This document shows, piece by piece, positions 1 through 9,577 of a stretch of DNA of 64,000 nt. The stretch spans positions 800,001-864,000 of the forward strand of contig CAXXGO010000001.1 of the NCBI GenBank assembly GCA_963666835.2, written 5' to 3'. The DNA is from Phycisphaerae bacterium (GTDB taxonomy: Bacteria > Planctomycetota > Phycisphaerae > UBA1845). The notes under the pieces were generated by a model. The model saw only the letters and a list, made by a program, of their open reading frames with translations, made no database searches and was not told the origin of the DNA. The translations under genes and the position numbers were made by a program. Each line of letters starts with the position of its first letter. Positions within the stretch are counted from its first letter, which is position 1.

Positions 1-111
1 TCGGCCAACCCAGTAGCCGACGAGGGTAAACCCGATCACCGCGGCTCCGAACTCCACCCCCATGCCGGACCACCGGATCCAACGCACACGGTCTCTTTTG
101 GCGTCCGACAT
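1..111 (-). CDS. AtpZ/AtpI family (ATP synthase protein I-like) membrane protein, 5' part; runs off the window
   Basis: Manual translation from ATG at 111: MSDAKRDRVRWIRWSGMGVEFGAAVIGFTLVGYWVGR, open to position 1. The SGMGVEF..AV.G..L.GYW pattern is typical of AtpZ/AtpI proteins. Not in the ORF track. Confidence 0.7.
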   Translation of the reverse strand, partial: MSDAKRDRVRWIRWSGMGVEFGAAVIGFTLVGYWVGR

Positions 112-646
112 CCTCGGGAATATAACCACGGATTATCGGACACACTACCTCGAAAAGAGAAATCCTCCGGAGCCGGCCGGGCTGAGGCCAACCTGCGCGT
201 GTCTACCGCGGGGTACAAGCCCGGCATGCCCGTACTGTCGCCATCCCGATGGCGGAGTCGTCTTCGTACCGGTCCACCGCCGATCTCGCGTAAGGCTCCG
301 TTTGCGGGTATGGGCTATCAGGGTCGACCGGGCGACCCTCCACCACCGACACGGCCGGCGGCCAAGTTCCCTATCGCCTGCACCGGCAACCGACTTCCCA
401 GGCAGGACCTCTTGTGGGGGGGGTATGCCCTTAACCTATTGCTTGCGCGAAGGTTGTCGGTTGTGCGCCGTCTTGAGAGACTGGGGATCCGGAGTCTCTG
501 TGGCTGTCCTGAGCGGGCTCCCGGGAGTTGGACATACCTGTCGGCCCCGGCGGGTGCGTCTTCCTCGGCCGACCTTTTGCTCGCCTCTGTTGTAAGCCCG
601 TGCAAGAACTGCGTGGTCGATGGAGGAGGATGATCTGCGCGCGCCG

Positions 647-713
647 GGGACGTGCTTCCTTGCTGCGTTCGCCCTGGGTTTCGTTGTTGGACCTTCGGCG
701 TTGGGCACGTCCC
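647..713. repeat. Degenerate REP-like unit enclosed by a 9-bp inverted repeat
   Basis: GGGACGTGC...GCACGTCCC encloses CCCTGGGTTTCGTTGTTGGACCTTCGGCGTTGG, which resembles CCCTGGGCTTTGTTGTATAACGCCTTCGGCGTTGG at ~985-1019. Confidence 0.5.
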
Positions 714-863
714 TCACTTGCCGGAGCTCGGGAAGGCGTCACTCGGCTCTGCTCGACCTTCGGCATCAGGAACGAGGCTCGCCTTCCAGCGTGGGCGACG
801 GTAACGCTGCATGCAACGTGCCTCCGTGTAGGCGAATAACGTAATCTTCTACCGCGGCTTGGG

Positions 864-1080
864 GGCATCGGTCATGTGATCTGAATGTGCGGTCCGCTGC
901 CATCTGTAGAACCCTGTCAGGGTTCGATGAGCTCAGTTGTCCGGACACCCAGGGTGGCGCTTCGCGGCCGCGCCGCGGCGCTTACCCTGGGCTTTGTTGT
1001 ATAACGCCTTCGGCGTTGGTTTCGCGGGTGGTCCGGCGAAGGCAAGCAAGATGTCCCGTGAGAGTACGCTGTATAACGCC
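864..1080 (+). repeat. ~215-bp direct repeat, copy 1, containing GTAG-type REP hairpins
   Basis: Aligns with 2001-2215 at offset ~1137. Contains GTAG-AACCCTGTCAGGGTT, CCCAGGGTGGCGC...GCGCTTACCCTGGG and AACGCCTTCGGCGTT hairpins. Confidence 0.85.
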
Positions 1081-1377
1081 TGCAGAGTAAGGGTATGGCG
1101 GTCGAGTGCGGGCCATGCAATGACCGTGCGTTGCAGTTGAGTTGTCGAACACTTGCGGCTGGGGCGCGGCCGTCGAGGCGATGTTTACGTGCCGAAGTTG
1201 GATCGTGGAGCGCTTGTTGCGGTTATTGTGTAATTCGTGATACGCGATTGCCTATTGGCTGCGTTGCGGTTGGGTACTATCCGTGTTACCGTTTTCTGGA
1301 CTCAGGAATTCGGTTATGGATGTCCTGGTTGCTGCGAGCCTCTGTCCTTCGGCTGCCTTGCCGTTCGGTTGCTCTGC

Positions 1378-1473
1378 CTGCCCCGAAGGGGCAGAACAGC
1401 AAAGCCCAGGGTCGCGCAGCGCACCCTGGGGCGGTGTTTACACAAGTGCCACAAACCCCGAAGGGGTTTCACG
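1378..1473 (-). repeat. REP-like triple-hairpin unit in inverted orientation, directly upstream of the transposase
   Basis: CTGCCCCGAAGGGGCAG, CCCAGGGTCGCGCAGCGCACCCTGGG and AAACCCCGAAGGGGTTT. The reverse complement has the same three-hairpin layout and a CCCTGGGCTTTG segment as 909-1018. Confidence 0.75.
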
Positions 1474-1483
1474 GGGCTGAGTT

Positions 1484-1939
1484 ATGCCACAATCGTTAGT
1501 TCAGATCTACGTCCACATCGTATTCTCGACGAAGCATCGCAAGGCCTTTTTCGTGGACAACGAGTTCTGCCGCCGTACTCATCGATATTTTGCGGGCATC
1601 TGCCGGAACCTGGGTTGGCCGGCATTGGCCGTCGGCGGCACGGAGGATCATGTTCACATTCTTTGCAGACTCGGAAAGACCGGTGATGTCGCAGGTGTGA
1701 TCCGCGACCTGAAGCGCGATTCCTCGAAATGGGTCAAGGTCGAGAGACCGATCCTCGGGGACTTCCATTGGCAACAGGGTTACGGGGCATTCTCAATCAG
1801 CCCGTCACATGTCGCCGCGCTGATAGAGTATATTACGCACCAAGAAGAACATCATTCACGTGAGACGTTTCAAGAGGAGTTCCGGCGTTTATGCCAGAAG
1901 TACGGCCTGGAGATTGACGAACGGTACGTTTGGGATTGA
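1484..1939 (+). mobile_element. tnpA: Y1/HUH transposase, IS200/IS605 TnpA-like, probably REP-associated (RAYT-like)
   Basis: 151 aa with HIVFSTK, HUH motif DHVHIL, WQQGYGAFSIS and YITHQEEHH (catalytic Tyr helix). Flanked by inverted REP-like units; no tnpB. Confidence 0.9.
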
Positions 1940-2000
1940 CATTGCGCGGTCAATGGCTGAACGCACCGGATGAAACGAATTGCACATTCGGCGACGTGGA

Positions 2001-2215
2001 GGCATCGGCCGTGTGATCGGAATGTGCGGCCCGCGGAAATCTGTAGAGCCCTGTCAGGGTTCGATGAGCTTGATCGATCGGGCCCCCAGGGTGGCGCTTG
2101 GCGGCTACGCCGCGGCGCTTACCCTGGGCTTTGTCGTATAACGCCGGCGTTGGTTTCGCGGGTCGTCTAGCGAATGCAAGCGAAACACGTCAGCAAGGGG
2201 GCGTTGTATAAGGCC
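2001..2215 (+). repeat. ~215-bp direct repeat, copy 2, containing REP hairpins
   Basis: Matches 864-1080, e.g. TCTGTAGA(A/G)CCCTGTCAGGGTTCGATGAGCT and CGCCGCGGCGCTTACCCTGGGCTTTGT. Confidence 0.85.
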
Positions 2216-2318
2216 TTCGGTGCCAGGGGCGCGGCGTGAGTCAACACGAGACCCAGGATAGCCGACCAGTCAAAAACGGGTCTGGTGGGCGCTTCCGTTC
2301 GTCGGCGCTCAAGGCCCG

Positions 2319-4541
2319 CTATTGTGCCTCCAGTCGTGCCTTCGTGGCGGCAAGGGCGGCCTCGAACTCCGGAAGCCGCATGAACTCCACATGCCCGTCG
2401 AGGAAGGCGACGTTTACGCCCTCGCCATCGTTCAGTTCGCGCCGTTCATACAACACGACGTTGCGATAGTCTCCAGCCTCGGTCTGGCCGGCAATGTACA
2501 CGTAGCAGTCTCGTCCGCGCTGGTGCTTCGGGGACTTCAACATATCTGCGGTGAACGCGCCTTCATCCACCAGGGTTTGGAGATTGGGCGGCCACTGCCC
2601 GTCGTGGTCGTTGGCGTATATCGTGCAGGAGGTGACAATACCCCTCATGTTTGACTGGCTAACCAGTCGCTTAGACAGTTCCCGAGCTCGGGCAAGTGAC
2701 GGGAGCAGGACGGAAACAAGCATGGCCGTAGTGCCGGCGCTGCCGTTAGATCCCAGCGCCGGAACCGGGAACGGAAGCGGTCCATAAGACGTATATAGCA
2801 TGCCCTGGCTGTCGCAACGCGCGTTGGACAAGTCGCTGAACAGGTGCTTGGTCAGCGCCGTGCGCGATGGAAGCGCGCCGACGTTTAGTGAACCGCCCTC
2901 ACCCTGCCAGATCGCCAAACCGGTTTGAGCCAGCGGCAGAACGACGGAGTAGCCTTCCTCGGCTCCGCTCTTGGAGTCCATGAACGAGAGGCTTGCGCCG
3001 AGCGGGCCGATGTGCTTTCGGCCGCGAACGAAGTCGGGATTGGCCAAGATCGAGTCCGTCTTCGGATTGGCGTCAAGAAGGCGATTGATTGTATTGCGGA
3101 CCACCTGGGGGTACAGGCCGACGATCATCCAGTCGTTATGTGCGGCCCAGGCCGGGGCAACCGGAACGGGCGCGCCCACTGCGTTTACGAACTCGATCCG
3201 GTGCGCGCGATGATCGAGGGCCGCTACGCTGACATCGAACTCCCCTTTGGTTTCCTCAGCGATTTCCTCTACAATTGTGCGGAGACTCTGTCCGAACTTG
3301 GTCGAGTCCGACGTCTTGAAAGCGACCGTAATCCCGGTGACGAGAAAGCCACCATCTTCGGGAGCATCGAAGACAATCACCGTATCACCGATCAGATCCA
3401 GGAAGTCTCTGCCGAGGTGGATGCCCAGGGCCTCGTGAATCTCCGCTTCGAGTTCCTCAATGTTGCCCTTCTCCTCAGGATTGAGCGATATCACAAAGGA
3501 ACGAAGGTCATCGTAGAGGCTTGTCGATGCCAGCCTGCTGGCGAAGGCCCAACGTACTTCCCGGGGGATCATTGAGAGCTCTTGATCCGTCAGGGGCGAG
3601 ACTCCGTGGAACCCAAGCCACCCGGCCGGCTTGCCCTCGGTGTGAATATACGCGCTCTTGCAGCACCCGCCGTTTCGGTGGTGCATCTCCCAGCAGACGG
3701 ATCGGATAGCCCCGAAGCCGCTTCTGTCCAAAAAGGAATGGTATGCTTCGGCGGCGGCCGGATCGCCTCCGGTGAACATCGGTAGCATCATCTCGACCAG
3801 TTCGCGAATCTTCGTAGCGTTCACGTATACGCTGAGAGCCCGGGTCTCGTCGGTTCCGCCGATCTTCTTGCGGCTTAAGGTCAGCGATTCACTTTGAGCC
3901 AGCGATTGTCCTTCACCCGCAAGCTGTTGGGCAACCGTTGCCATGGTCTCCCGCCCCACGGCCAGGACGAAGTGTCCTTCGACCAGCGCGTAGTACGCTC
4001 CACCGGGGATCGGTAGCATGAGCTGATACATGGTCCCGTCCCCCATCGGCTGCTCCATGGCCGGGGGGAGCCCAACGCCCTGTAACAGGGTGCCGAGATC
4101 CTCGATCAGCGCCGCGCCGGCCTCTTTGACATGGGAGATGATCGCAAGACTGGGTAAGGGACCCATCGGTGACATTTCCAGGTCGAGGACTACCAGTGCC
4201 GTCGGCCGCCTATGGAAGGTGGACAGAATCCGTTTGATCGGGTCATAAAGCGGGGCAGTATTTGGGTCCAGAGCCTGCTTCTTAACCGTTTGGTCGATCG
4301 AATCCAGGAGCAGATCGACGAAACGCTTCACTTGCGGCTCGGCCAGGGTCTTACCAATGGCCGTATCCTCGGCCGCGACCTTGGTCTGATCGTGCCCGGA
4401 CCAACCGGCATAGATCAGGATGTCCGAAGGCGTTTTCTGCGCGAGATCCGGCGCCGTTCCCATAGCGGCCGAAGGTGAGAGAATGAGCGCTGCACAGAAT
4501 ACCCGAAGAAGTTGGTTTGCGACGCGATGGTTCCGCAACAT
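2319..4541 (-). CDS. Secreted protein with a long N-terminal domain and a C-terminal pilin-like DUF1559/H-X9-DG-type domain
   Basis: Signal-peptide-like N-terminus. C-terminal AMLVSVLLPSLARARELSKR...SNMRGI..C.IYAND and GVNVAFLDGHVEF motifs are typical of planctomycete prepilin-like proteins. Confidence 0.75.
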   Translation of the reverse strand: MLRNHRVANQLLRVFCAALILSPSAAMGTAPDLAQKTPSDILIYAGWSGHDQTKVAAEDTAIGKTLAEPQVKRFVDLLLDSIDQTVKKQALDPNTAPLYDPIKRILSTFHRRPTALVVLDLEMSPMGPLPSLAIISHVKEAGAALIEDLGTLLQGVGLPPAMEQPMGDGTMYQLMLPIPGGAYYALVEGHFVLAVGRETMATVAQQLAGEGQSLAQSESLTLSRKKIGGTDETRALSVYVNATKIRELVEMMLPMFTGGDPAAAEAYHSFLDRSGFGAIRSVCWEMHHRNGGCCKSAYIHTEGKPAGWLGFHGVSPLTDQELSMIPREVRWAFASRLASTSLYDDLRSFVISLNPEEKGNIEELEAEIHEALGIHLGRDFLDLIGDTVIVFDAPEDGGFLVTGITVAFKTSDSTKFGQSLRTIVEEIAEETKGEFDVSVAALDHRAHRIEFVNAVGAPVPVAPAWAAHNDWMIVGLYPQVVRNTINRLLDANPKTDSILANPDFVRGRKHIGPLGASLSFMDSKSGAEEGYSVVLPLAQTGLAIWQGEGGSLNVGALPSRTALTKHLFSDLSNARCDSQGMLYTSYGPLPFPVPALGSNGSAGTTAMLVSVLLPSLARARELSKRLVSQSNMRGIVTSCTIYANDHDGQWPPNLQTLVDEGAFTADMLKSPKHQRGRDCYVYIAGQTEAGDYRNVVLYERRELNDGEGVNVAFLDGHVEFMRLPEFEAALAATKARLEAQ

Positions 4542-4843
4542 AGACTATCCTCCGTTGATTTGAAACGGCCCAAAGGACAACAAGATGACGAACGCGAATA
4601 ATAAGTGCTTCTGCGTTCGCGTACAAGTGCCGGGTCTACCAGATTAACCGACCATCGATGGGGGCTCGCGAACCAAATGTCGACGTGTAAGAACTGTGCG
4701 GCTGGCAATAGAGGGTGACCGGCAACTTGGCGCGACGGTTCGCGGCCGCGCCGCCGTGTTTCGAATAGCGGCGTTTAGCTGCGTAGCAGGTTGTTCGCTG
4801 ACAGTCGCGAGAATACCCCTAACGCCCCGGTGGCGGCTTGAGT

Positions 4844-6253
4844 CTATCGCGTTCCGCCGGTCATCTTGGCCGGGTCGAGGACGTCGGCGATCTGCTCTTC
4901 GGAGAGGATGCCCTTTTCGCGGACCAGTTCGACTATGCCGCGGCCGGTTTCGAGCGCCTCGGCCGCCAGTTGCGAGGCGGTTTCATAGCCGATGATCGGG
5001 TTCAGCGCGGTTACCACTCCGATACTGCGCTCGACGAACTGTCTGCAGACGTCTTCATTGGCCACGATACCATCGACGCAGTGTTCGCGCAGGGTCCGGG
5101 CGGAGTTCATGAACATCGTCTGGGCGTTGAGGATGCACTCTGCGATGACCGGTTCCATCACGTTGAGTTCGAGCTGACCGGCCGCGGCAGCCAGGGTTAC
5201 CGTCAGGTCATTGCCGATCACTCGATAGCACACTTGGTTGACCACCTCGGGTATGACCGGATTGACCTTCCCCGGCATGATCGACGAGCCCGGCTGCTTC
5301 GGCGGGAGGTTGAGTTCGTTCAATCCCGCCCGCGGGCCCGACGACAGGAGCCTGAGATCATTGCAGATCTTCGAGAGCTTGATGGCCAGGCTCTTGAGAA
5401 CCGACGAGTAGAGGACGAACGGTTGGGTGTCCTGCGTGGCTTCGACGAGGTTCTCTGCAAGGCGGAACTCCTTGCCGGCTATCTGAGCCAAGTGTCGGAC
5501 GCACTTCTCGGCGTAGCCGGCGGGCGCATTCAGGCCCGTGCCGATGGCCGTGCCGCCCATGTTGACCTCCAGAAAGTCGCCTTCAACTCGCTTGAGGGCG
5601 TCGAGCTCGTTGTCGAGGCTCTCGGCCCAGGCGTTGAACTCCTGCCCGAGGGTCATCGGCACGGCATCCTGCAGTTGCGTGCGGCCCATCTTGATGATAC
5701 CGGCGAACTCGGTCCCCTTCGCGCGAAAGGCCGCGATCAGCCGTTCCATCTCCCCGACAACTCGGCCGTTCATTACGACCATAGCCACGTGCAGGGCGGT
5801 GGGGTAGAAGTCGTTGGTTGATTGCGAGAGATTCACGTGATCGTGCGGGTCACAATGCTTGTACTCGCCCTTGGCATGTCCCATCAGCTCCAGCGCCCGG
5901 TTGGCAATGACCTCGTTTGCGTTCATGTTGGTCGAGGTCCCGGCTCCGCCTTGGATTAAATCGACCGGGAACTGGTCGTGGAGCTTGCCGTCCATCAGTT
6001 CATGAGCGGCGCCGTCAATGCCGTGGAGGATCTTCTGCGGGAGCCGCCCGCAATCGAAGTTCGCCCGGGCGGCCGCGAGCTTGACCATCGCCAGGGCGCG
6101 AATCAAATCCGGGTATTGCCCGATCGGAACGCCCGAGATCAGGAAGTTGTTCATTGCCCGGACGGTTTGAATGCCATAGTAAGCGTCGGTCGGAACTTCC
6201 CTCGAACCGAGCATATCGCGTTCTAACCTGGTACCGGCCACAGGCGTGGTCAT
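4844..6253 (-). CDS. aspA: Aspartate ammonia-lyase
   Basis: YYGIQTVRA, QGGAGTSTNMNANEVIANRA, KMGRTQLQDAVP and signature GSSIMPGKVNPVIPE. Start moved to ATG 6253 (MTTPVAGTRLERD). Confidence 0.93.
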   Translation of the reverse strand: MTTPVAGTRLERDMLGSREVPTDAYYGIQTVRAMNNFLISGVPIGQYPDLIRALAMVKLAAARANFDCGRLPQKILHGIDGAAHELMDGKLHDQFPVDLIQGGAGTSTNMNANEVIANRALELMGHAKGEYKHCDPHDHVNLSQSTNDFYPTALHVAMVVMNGRVVGEMERLIAAFRAKGTEFAGIIKMGRTQLQDAVPMTLGQEFNAWAESLDNELDALKRVEGDFLEVNMGGTAIGTGLNAPAGYAEKCVRHLAQIAGKEFRLAENLVEATQDTQPFVLYSSVLKSLAIKLSKICNDLRLLSSGPRAGLNELNLPPKQPGSSIMPGKVNPVIPEVVNQVCYRVIGNDLTVTLAAAAGQLELNVMEPVIAECILNAQTMFMNSARTLREHCVDGIVANEDVCRQFVERSIGVVTALNPIIGYETASQLAAEALETGRGIVELVREKGILSEEQIADVLDPAKMTGGTR

Positions 6254-6329
6254 CGTCGTTCTCCAACATCTGATGATGCGCGAGGCACCGCTCGCAAGAA
6301 AAGCAGTCCAATCAGTTCTTCGGCCGGGG

Positions 6330-7220
6330 TTATTGCGGGCATTCGCCTTCAAAGTCGACACTGATGCCGGCAAGGGCCGAGAAACACCTGTCTGTATAGG
6401 TTATGCCGTCGCAGCCACAGATGGCCGGGCCGGACGGGGCGCAGCCGCTCGGGCGCGGCTCGCACACTCCGACACCATCGCAGTCACCGTCGTCTTTCAT
6501 GCAATAGTCCTCGGCGGCGCACTCGGTGTTGGACTGGCATGTTGCCGCCTGGCACTCGCCCGCGTAGTCGACGCTCGCGCCCCCGCGGGCCGCGTAACAA
6601 CTGTTCTCGTACGTCACGCCGTCGCAGCCGCAGACGTACTCCACCGTGGGCAGGCAAGAGACCGGTGGTGTCCGGCATTCCCCAACTCCGTCACAGTCCC
6701 CGTCGGCCTTCGCACAGTAGCCGACGCCGAGGCAGTCTTCGAGGGTCTGACACGTGGGCGGCAGACAGGGACCGTCGTGTTCGACGGTCTCTCCGGCCTG
6801 GGCCGCGTAGCAGGCGTTCTCGAAGCTGACACCGTTGCAGCCGCAGACCGGAGCCCACTCGGGCATACAGGAGGTAGGTTTGGGGCGACATTGCCCGGGC
6901 TCCGGGCAGTATCCGATCGGCTTTACGCAATACTCCCCAACCGGGCACTCGCCGCTGTCAAAGCACTGTGGACAGAGCGGTAGAACGCCCGTGAAGTTGA
7001 GCTGCAGAGCGGCGAAGTCCGACAGGTCGACGTCGCAATCGCGGTCAAGATCCCCGAGGGGACGGCCCTGGTCGTCCACCAATATGCCCTCCGGCGTATC
7101 ACAGCAGACATCTAGGGCATCCTCGACACCGTCCCCGTCGGAATCCCCGGCCAGCGCTGCGCCGTTGGGACCGATCGCGGCCAACGCGAAGGCGGTCGAG
7201 CACAGAATCCTCACTAGCAT
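6330..7220 (-). CDS. Secreted Cys-rich protein with three Kazal-type domains and an N-terminal TSP3/dockerin-like Asp-rich module
   Basis: Signal peptide MLVRILCSTAFALAAIG with AGGGAG upstream; three C-x7-CGC(N/D)G...C...AG.(S/T)V...G.C units; GDSDGDGVEDALDVC and GDLDRDCDVDLSDFAALQ. Confidence 0.8.
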   Translation of the reverse strand: MLVRILCSTAFALAAIGPNGAALAGDSDGDGVEDALDVCCDTPEGILVDDQGRPLGDLDRDCDVDLSDFAALQLNFTGVLPLCPQCFDSGECPVGEYCVKPIGYCPEPGQCRPKPTSCMPEWAPVCGCNGVSFENACYAAQAGETVEHDGPCLPPTCQTLEDCLGVGYCAKADGDCDGVGECRTPPVSCLPTVEYVCGCDGVTYENSCYAARGGASVDYAGECQAATCQSNTECAAEDYCMKDDGDCDGVGVCEPRPSGCAPSGPAICGCDGITYTDRCFSALAGISVDFEGECPQ

Positions 7221-7336
7221 TACCAGCTCCCTTTTTGTTCGAACGGCCGAGGTTTGCAGCAACAACCCGACGCCGAAAGTCCTCTTTCCCGGTGCGAATG
7301 CCCCGTCCCACGGCGGCATCCGTCTGCCACTATGCT

Positions 7337-7671
7337 AGCAGACGCACCGGTTTGCTCCAAGGGCGAAACCGGCGGGTGGCCCATCGCTTTAGCGGTGGGA
7401 AAATGGCGTCATCCGGTGCGTAGCGCGCCGTTGCGGCAGGCCGGGTGGCCCACGTCTTCAGAGGTGGGGGACTCCCCTGGTCGACAGGGCGGGTGTGCCA
7501 CTGCTCTTGAGCAGTGCAGAATCGTGGGGTTCACATGACACGAATTTGGCATTCATCGTATCCCGACGTGCCCTACATTCTGATCGGAGGCATCTCTTAC
7601 AACGCAATCCGCCGCAATGGTGCACGTTGCGCAAAGATGATGGCAGGTCTCGTACCTCGACCGTGCCCTAC
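7337..7671. repeat. Intergenic mosaic of short palindromic (REP-like) elements
   Basis: GGGTGGCCCA..TGGG twice (~7374, ~7443); GGTGTGCCACTGCTCTTGAGCAGTG (7492); two GTAGGGCA-type hairpins on the minus strand (7548-7576, 7642-7671). Confidence 0.6.
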
Positions 7672-7706
7672 GCGCGCGTACGCTGCCCAACTCATGCCGC
7701 CAGGGG

Positions 7707-9377
7707 TCAGCCGGGTGACTCTAGAGTGGGGGCGAGGTTGACGCGGACGGTGCGGTTGGAGCGGGGGATGGGAATGTCGAAGTGGTCGACGGTCCGCACG
7801 ATGGGGGTAGTGGGTTCGTGGACGTCGATGGTCGTGTCCCGCCAGGTTGGATCACGTTCTGCACGCAGAAGGTGGGAGGCGGTGCGGCGGTATTCCCCGC
7901 CTTGGGCGAGGTACTCTTGCACCAGGGCCTCTTGTGGAATCCAGTGTTTGTTTTCGCGTTCGGTGAATACGGACTCGAATGCGAACGGACGCAGAATCTC
8001 GCCGATCTCGTTTGCCGTATCGGCGAAAGCTTCAAAATCGACCGTTGGAACCGTATTGCACACGTAGAACAGTTTGCTGCCGCGGATTACGACGGACCTG
8101 CGCCAGGGAATATGCTGGCGGACGGCGAAAACGAAGTGCGTGTCGCGCAGGCCGCTGAACAGGACGACCTTATCTTGGATCTTCTCCCGGTGAGCGACCA
8201 CGACCGCTCCGTAGTCGGGATGATGCTCGATCGGCTGACACAGCGCTGCCGCTCCGAGAGCCGCCACGGCTGGTGCGGCTACGACTCCGCGTATGCGGGG
8301 TCCGGGCAACAGCGCCAATGCGCGCCCGGCGGCAACCCCGGCACACATGGCCGGCGGGAACAAGCCCACAAAGAAGAAACGGGTCCACTTCAGATCGGCC
8401 GCCGATACCATCACATAGCACACGAAGAACCAACTGACCATCAGCACCCATTGGATCTGACGCTTTCTCGGCCAGACGATTACTCCGGCAATTGCCGCCA
8501 CGACCAACGGCCATCCCAGTTCCCCGGGGAGCTGGCGCAGGTAGAACGTCAGCGCCTCGAACTCCCATAGGCCGGGATAGCTCGCGCGTCCGCGCATCAT
8601 CCGCTCACCCGCCCCCTCGAACGACACGGCCACCAGAGCGATTGCGGCCACGGCAATGACCATACTGCATGCGCAATGGCTTCGCGGAGTCAACCGTCGC
8701 CACGATGTAAACAGGAGTGTCGCAGCAATAGCACTGTGTAGGAAGACGCCCGTTTGCCTGAACAGGATCGCCGTCGTCGCGACGACCAACAGCAGGATGT
8801 AGCGGCGTCCGGACGGGTGTTGCAGGTACCACGAGAAAGTGAAGGCCGCCCAGCACAATACTGCCAGGGTCGGGACTTCGAGCATGGCCTGGCGACCCCA
8901 GAGGGTAACGGAAGGCATGGTCATTAGCGCCGCCGCGGCGAATGCGCTGGTGGTCCGGTCGGATACCGTGCGCATGAACGCGTAGGCGCCTACTGCCGCC
9001 GCAAGCCCGAAGCAGACCACACAAAGACGGGCCGTGAAAGCGGAGATCCCGAACACCGCGAAAAAGGCCGCTTCGACAACGGCAAAACCGGGAGGATAGT
9101 GCCGGCCGATTCCCAGGCAGGGGTAGTGCCCGTATTGGCGTTCCGCAAATTCCACCGGGTGACGCCACGCGTTGGGCCCGGCCGCTAGCCAGTCGTGGAT
9201 GAGCACTCCGTCCATCGCGTGTACGGAGGTGTCACCCCAACGCAGCCCGCCGACCGAGATGTCCTTGCCCAGAACGATCGTCGTCAGAACCAGCAGCATT
9301 CCGACGAGGATCAGATCGCGCGGAGTCCACGCCGGGCTGAACAGTGGTGAGTCTGCCTTACGCTCTTGAGGCGGCAC
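7707..9377 (-). CDS. ArnT/PMT-like (GT-C, family 39-like) membrane glycosyltransferase
   Basis: Many transmembrane segments; WGD...H, HYPPGF, FG.S.F.ARL and RQAMLEVP motifs. Confidence 0.8.
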   Translation of the reverse strand: MPPQERKADSPLFSPAWTPRDLILVGMLLVLTTIVLGKDISVGGLRWGDTSVHAMDGVLIHDWLAAGPNAWRHPVEFAERQYGHYPCLGIGRHYPPGFAVVEAAFFAVFGISAFTARLCVVCFGLAAAVGAYAFMRTVSDRTTSAFAAAALMTMPSVTLWGRQAMLEVPTLAVLCWAAFTFSWYLQHPSGRRYILLLVVATTAILFRQTGVFLHSAIAATLLFTSWRRLTPRSHCACSMVIAVAAIALVAVSFEGAGERMMRGRASYPGLWEFEALTFYLRQLPGELGWPLVVAAIAGVIVWPRKRQIQWVLMVSWFFVCYVMVSAADLKWTRFFFVGLFPPAMCAGVAAGRALALLPGPRIRGVVAAPAVAALGAAALCQPIEHHPDYGAVVVAHREKIQDKVVLFSGLRDTHFVFAVRQHIPWRRSVVIRGSKLFYVCNTVPTVDFEAFADTANEIGEILRPFAFESVFTERENKHWIPQEALVQEYLAQGGEYRRTASHLLRAERDPTWRDTTIDVHEPTTPIVRTVDHFDIPIPRSNRTVRVNLAPTLESPG

Positions 9378-9577
9378 GTTGGATGCTCCGAATCTGCCGG
9401 ACCGGCGCGGGGACCATCCATCGATCCCGTGCGGCCGGTCGTCAGGAGTTTATCGGACATCCGGCCTGGCAGAGTGAGCTGGCACGGGGGATTGTGGACG
9501 GTTCGGCACAGGCGCGATACGGTGTCGCTCGAACTGGCCTGCGGCTTGCGGCCCCGGGTCGTAGGAGGTTTGATCCG

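Noticed and set aside
120..860. Several overlapping 60-180 aa ORFs upstream of the transposase
   Set aside because: Arg/Pro-rich with no motifs and overlapping repeat DNA; more likely non-coding.
864..2215. Repeats near the transposase as a CRISPR array
   Set aside because: Few, long, hairpin-rich copies in mixed orientation, with no regular spacers and no cas genes.
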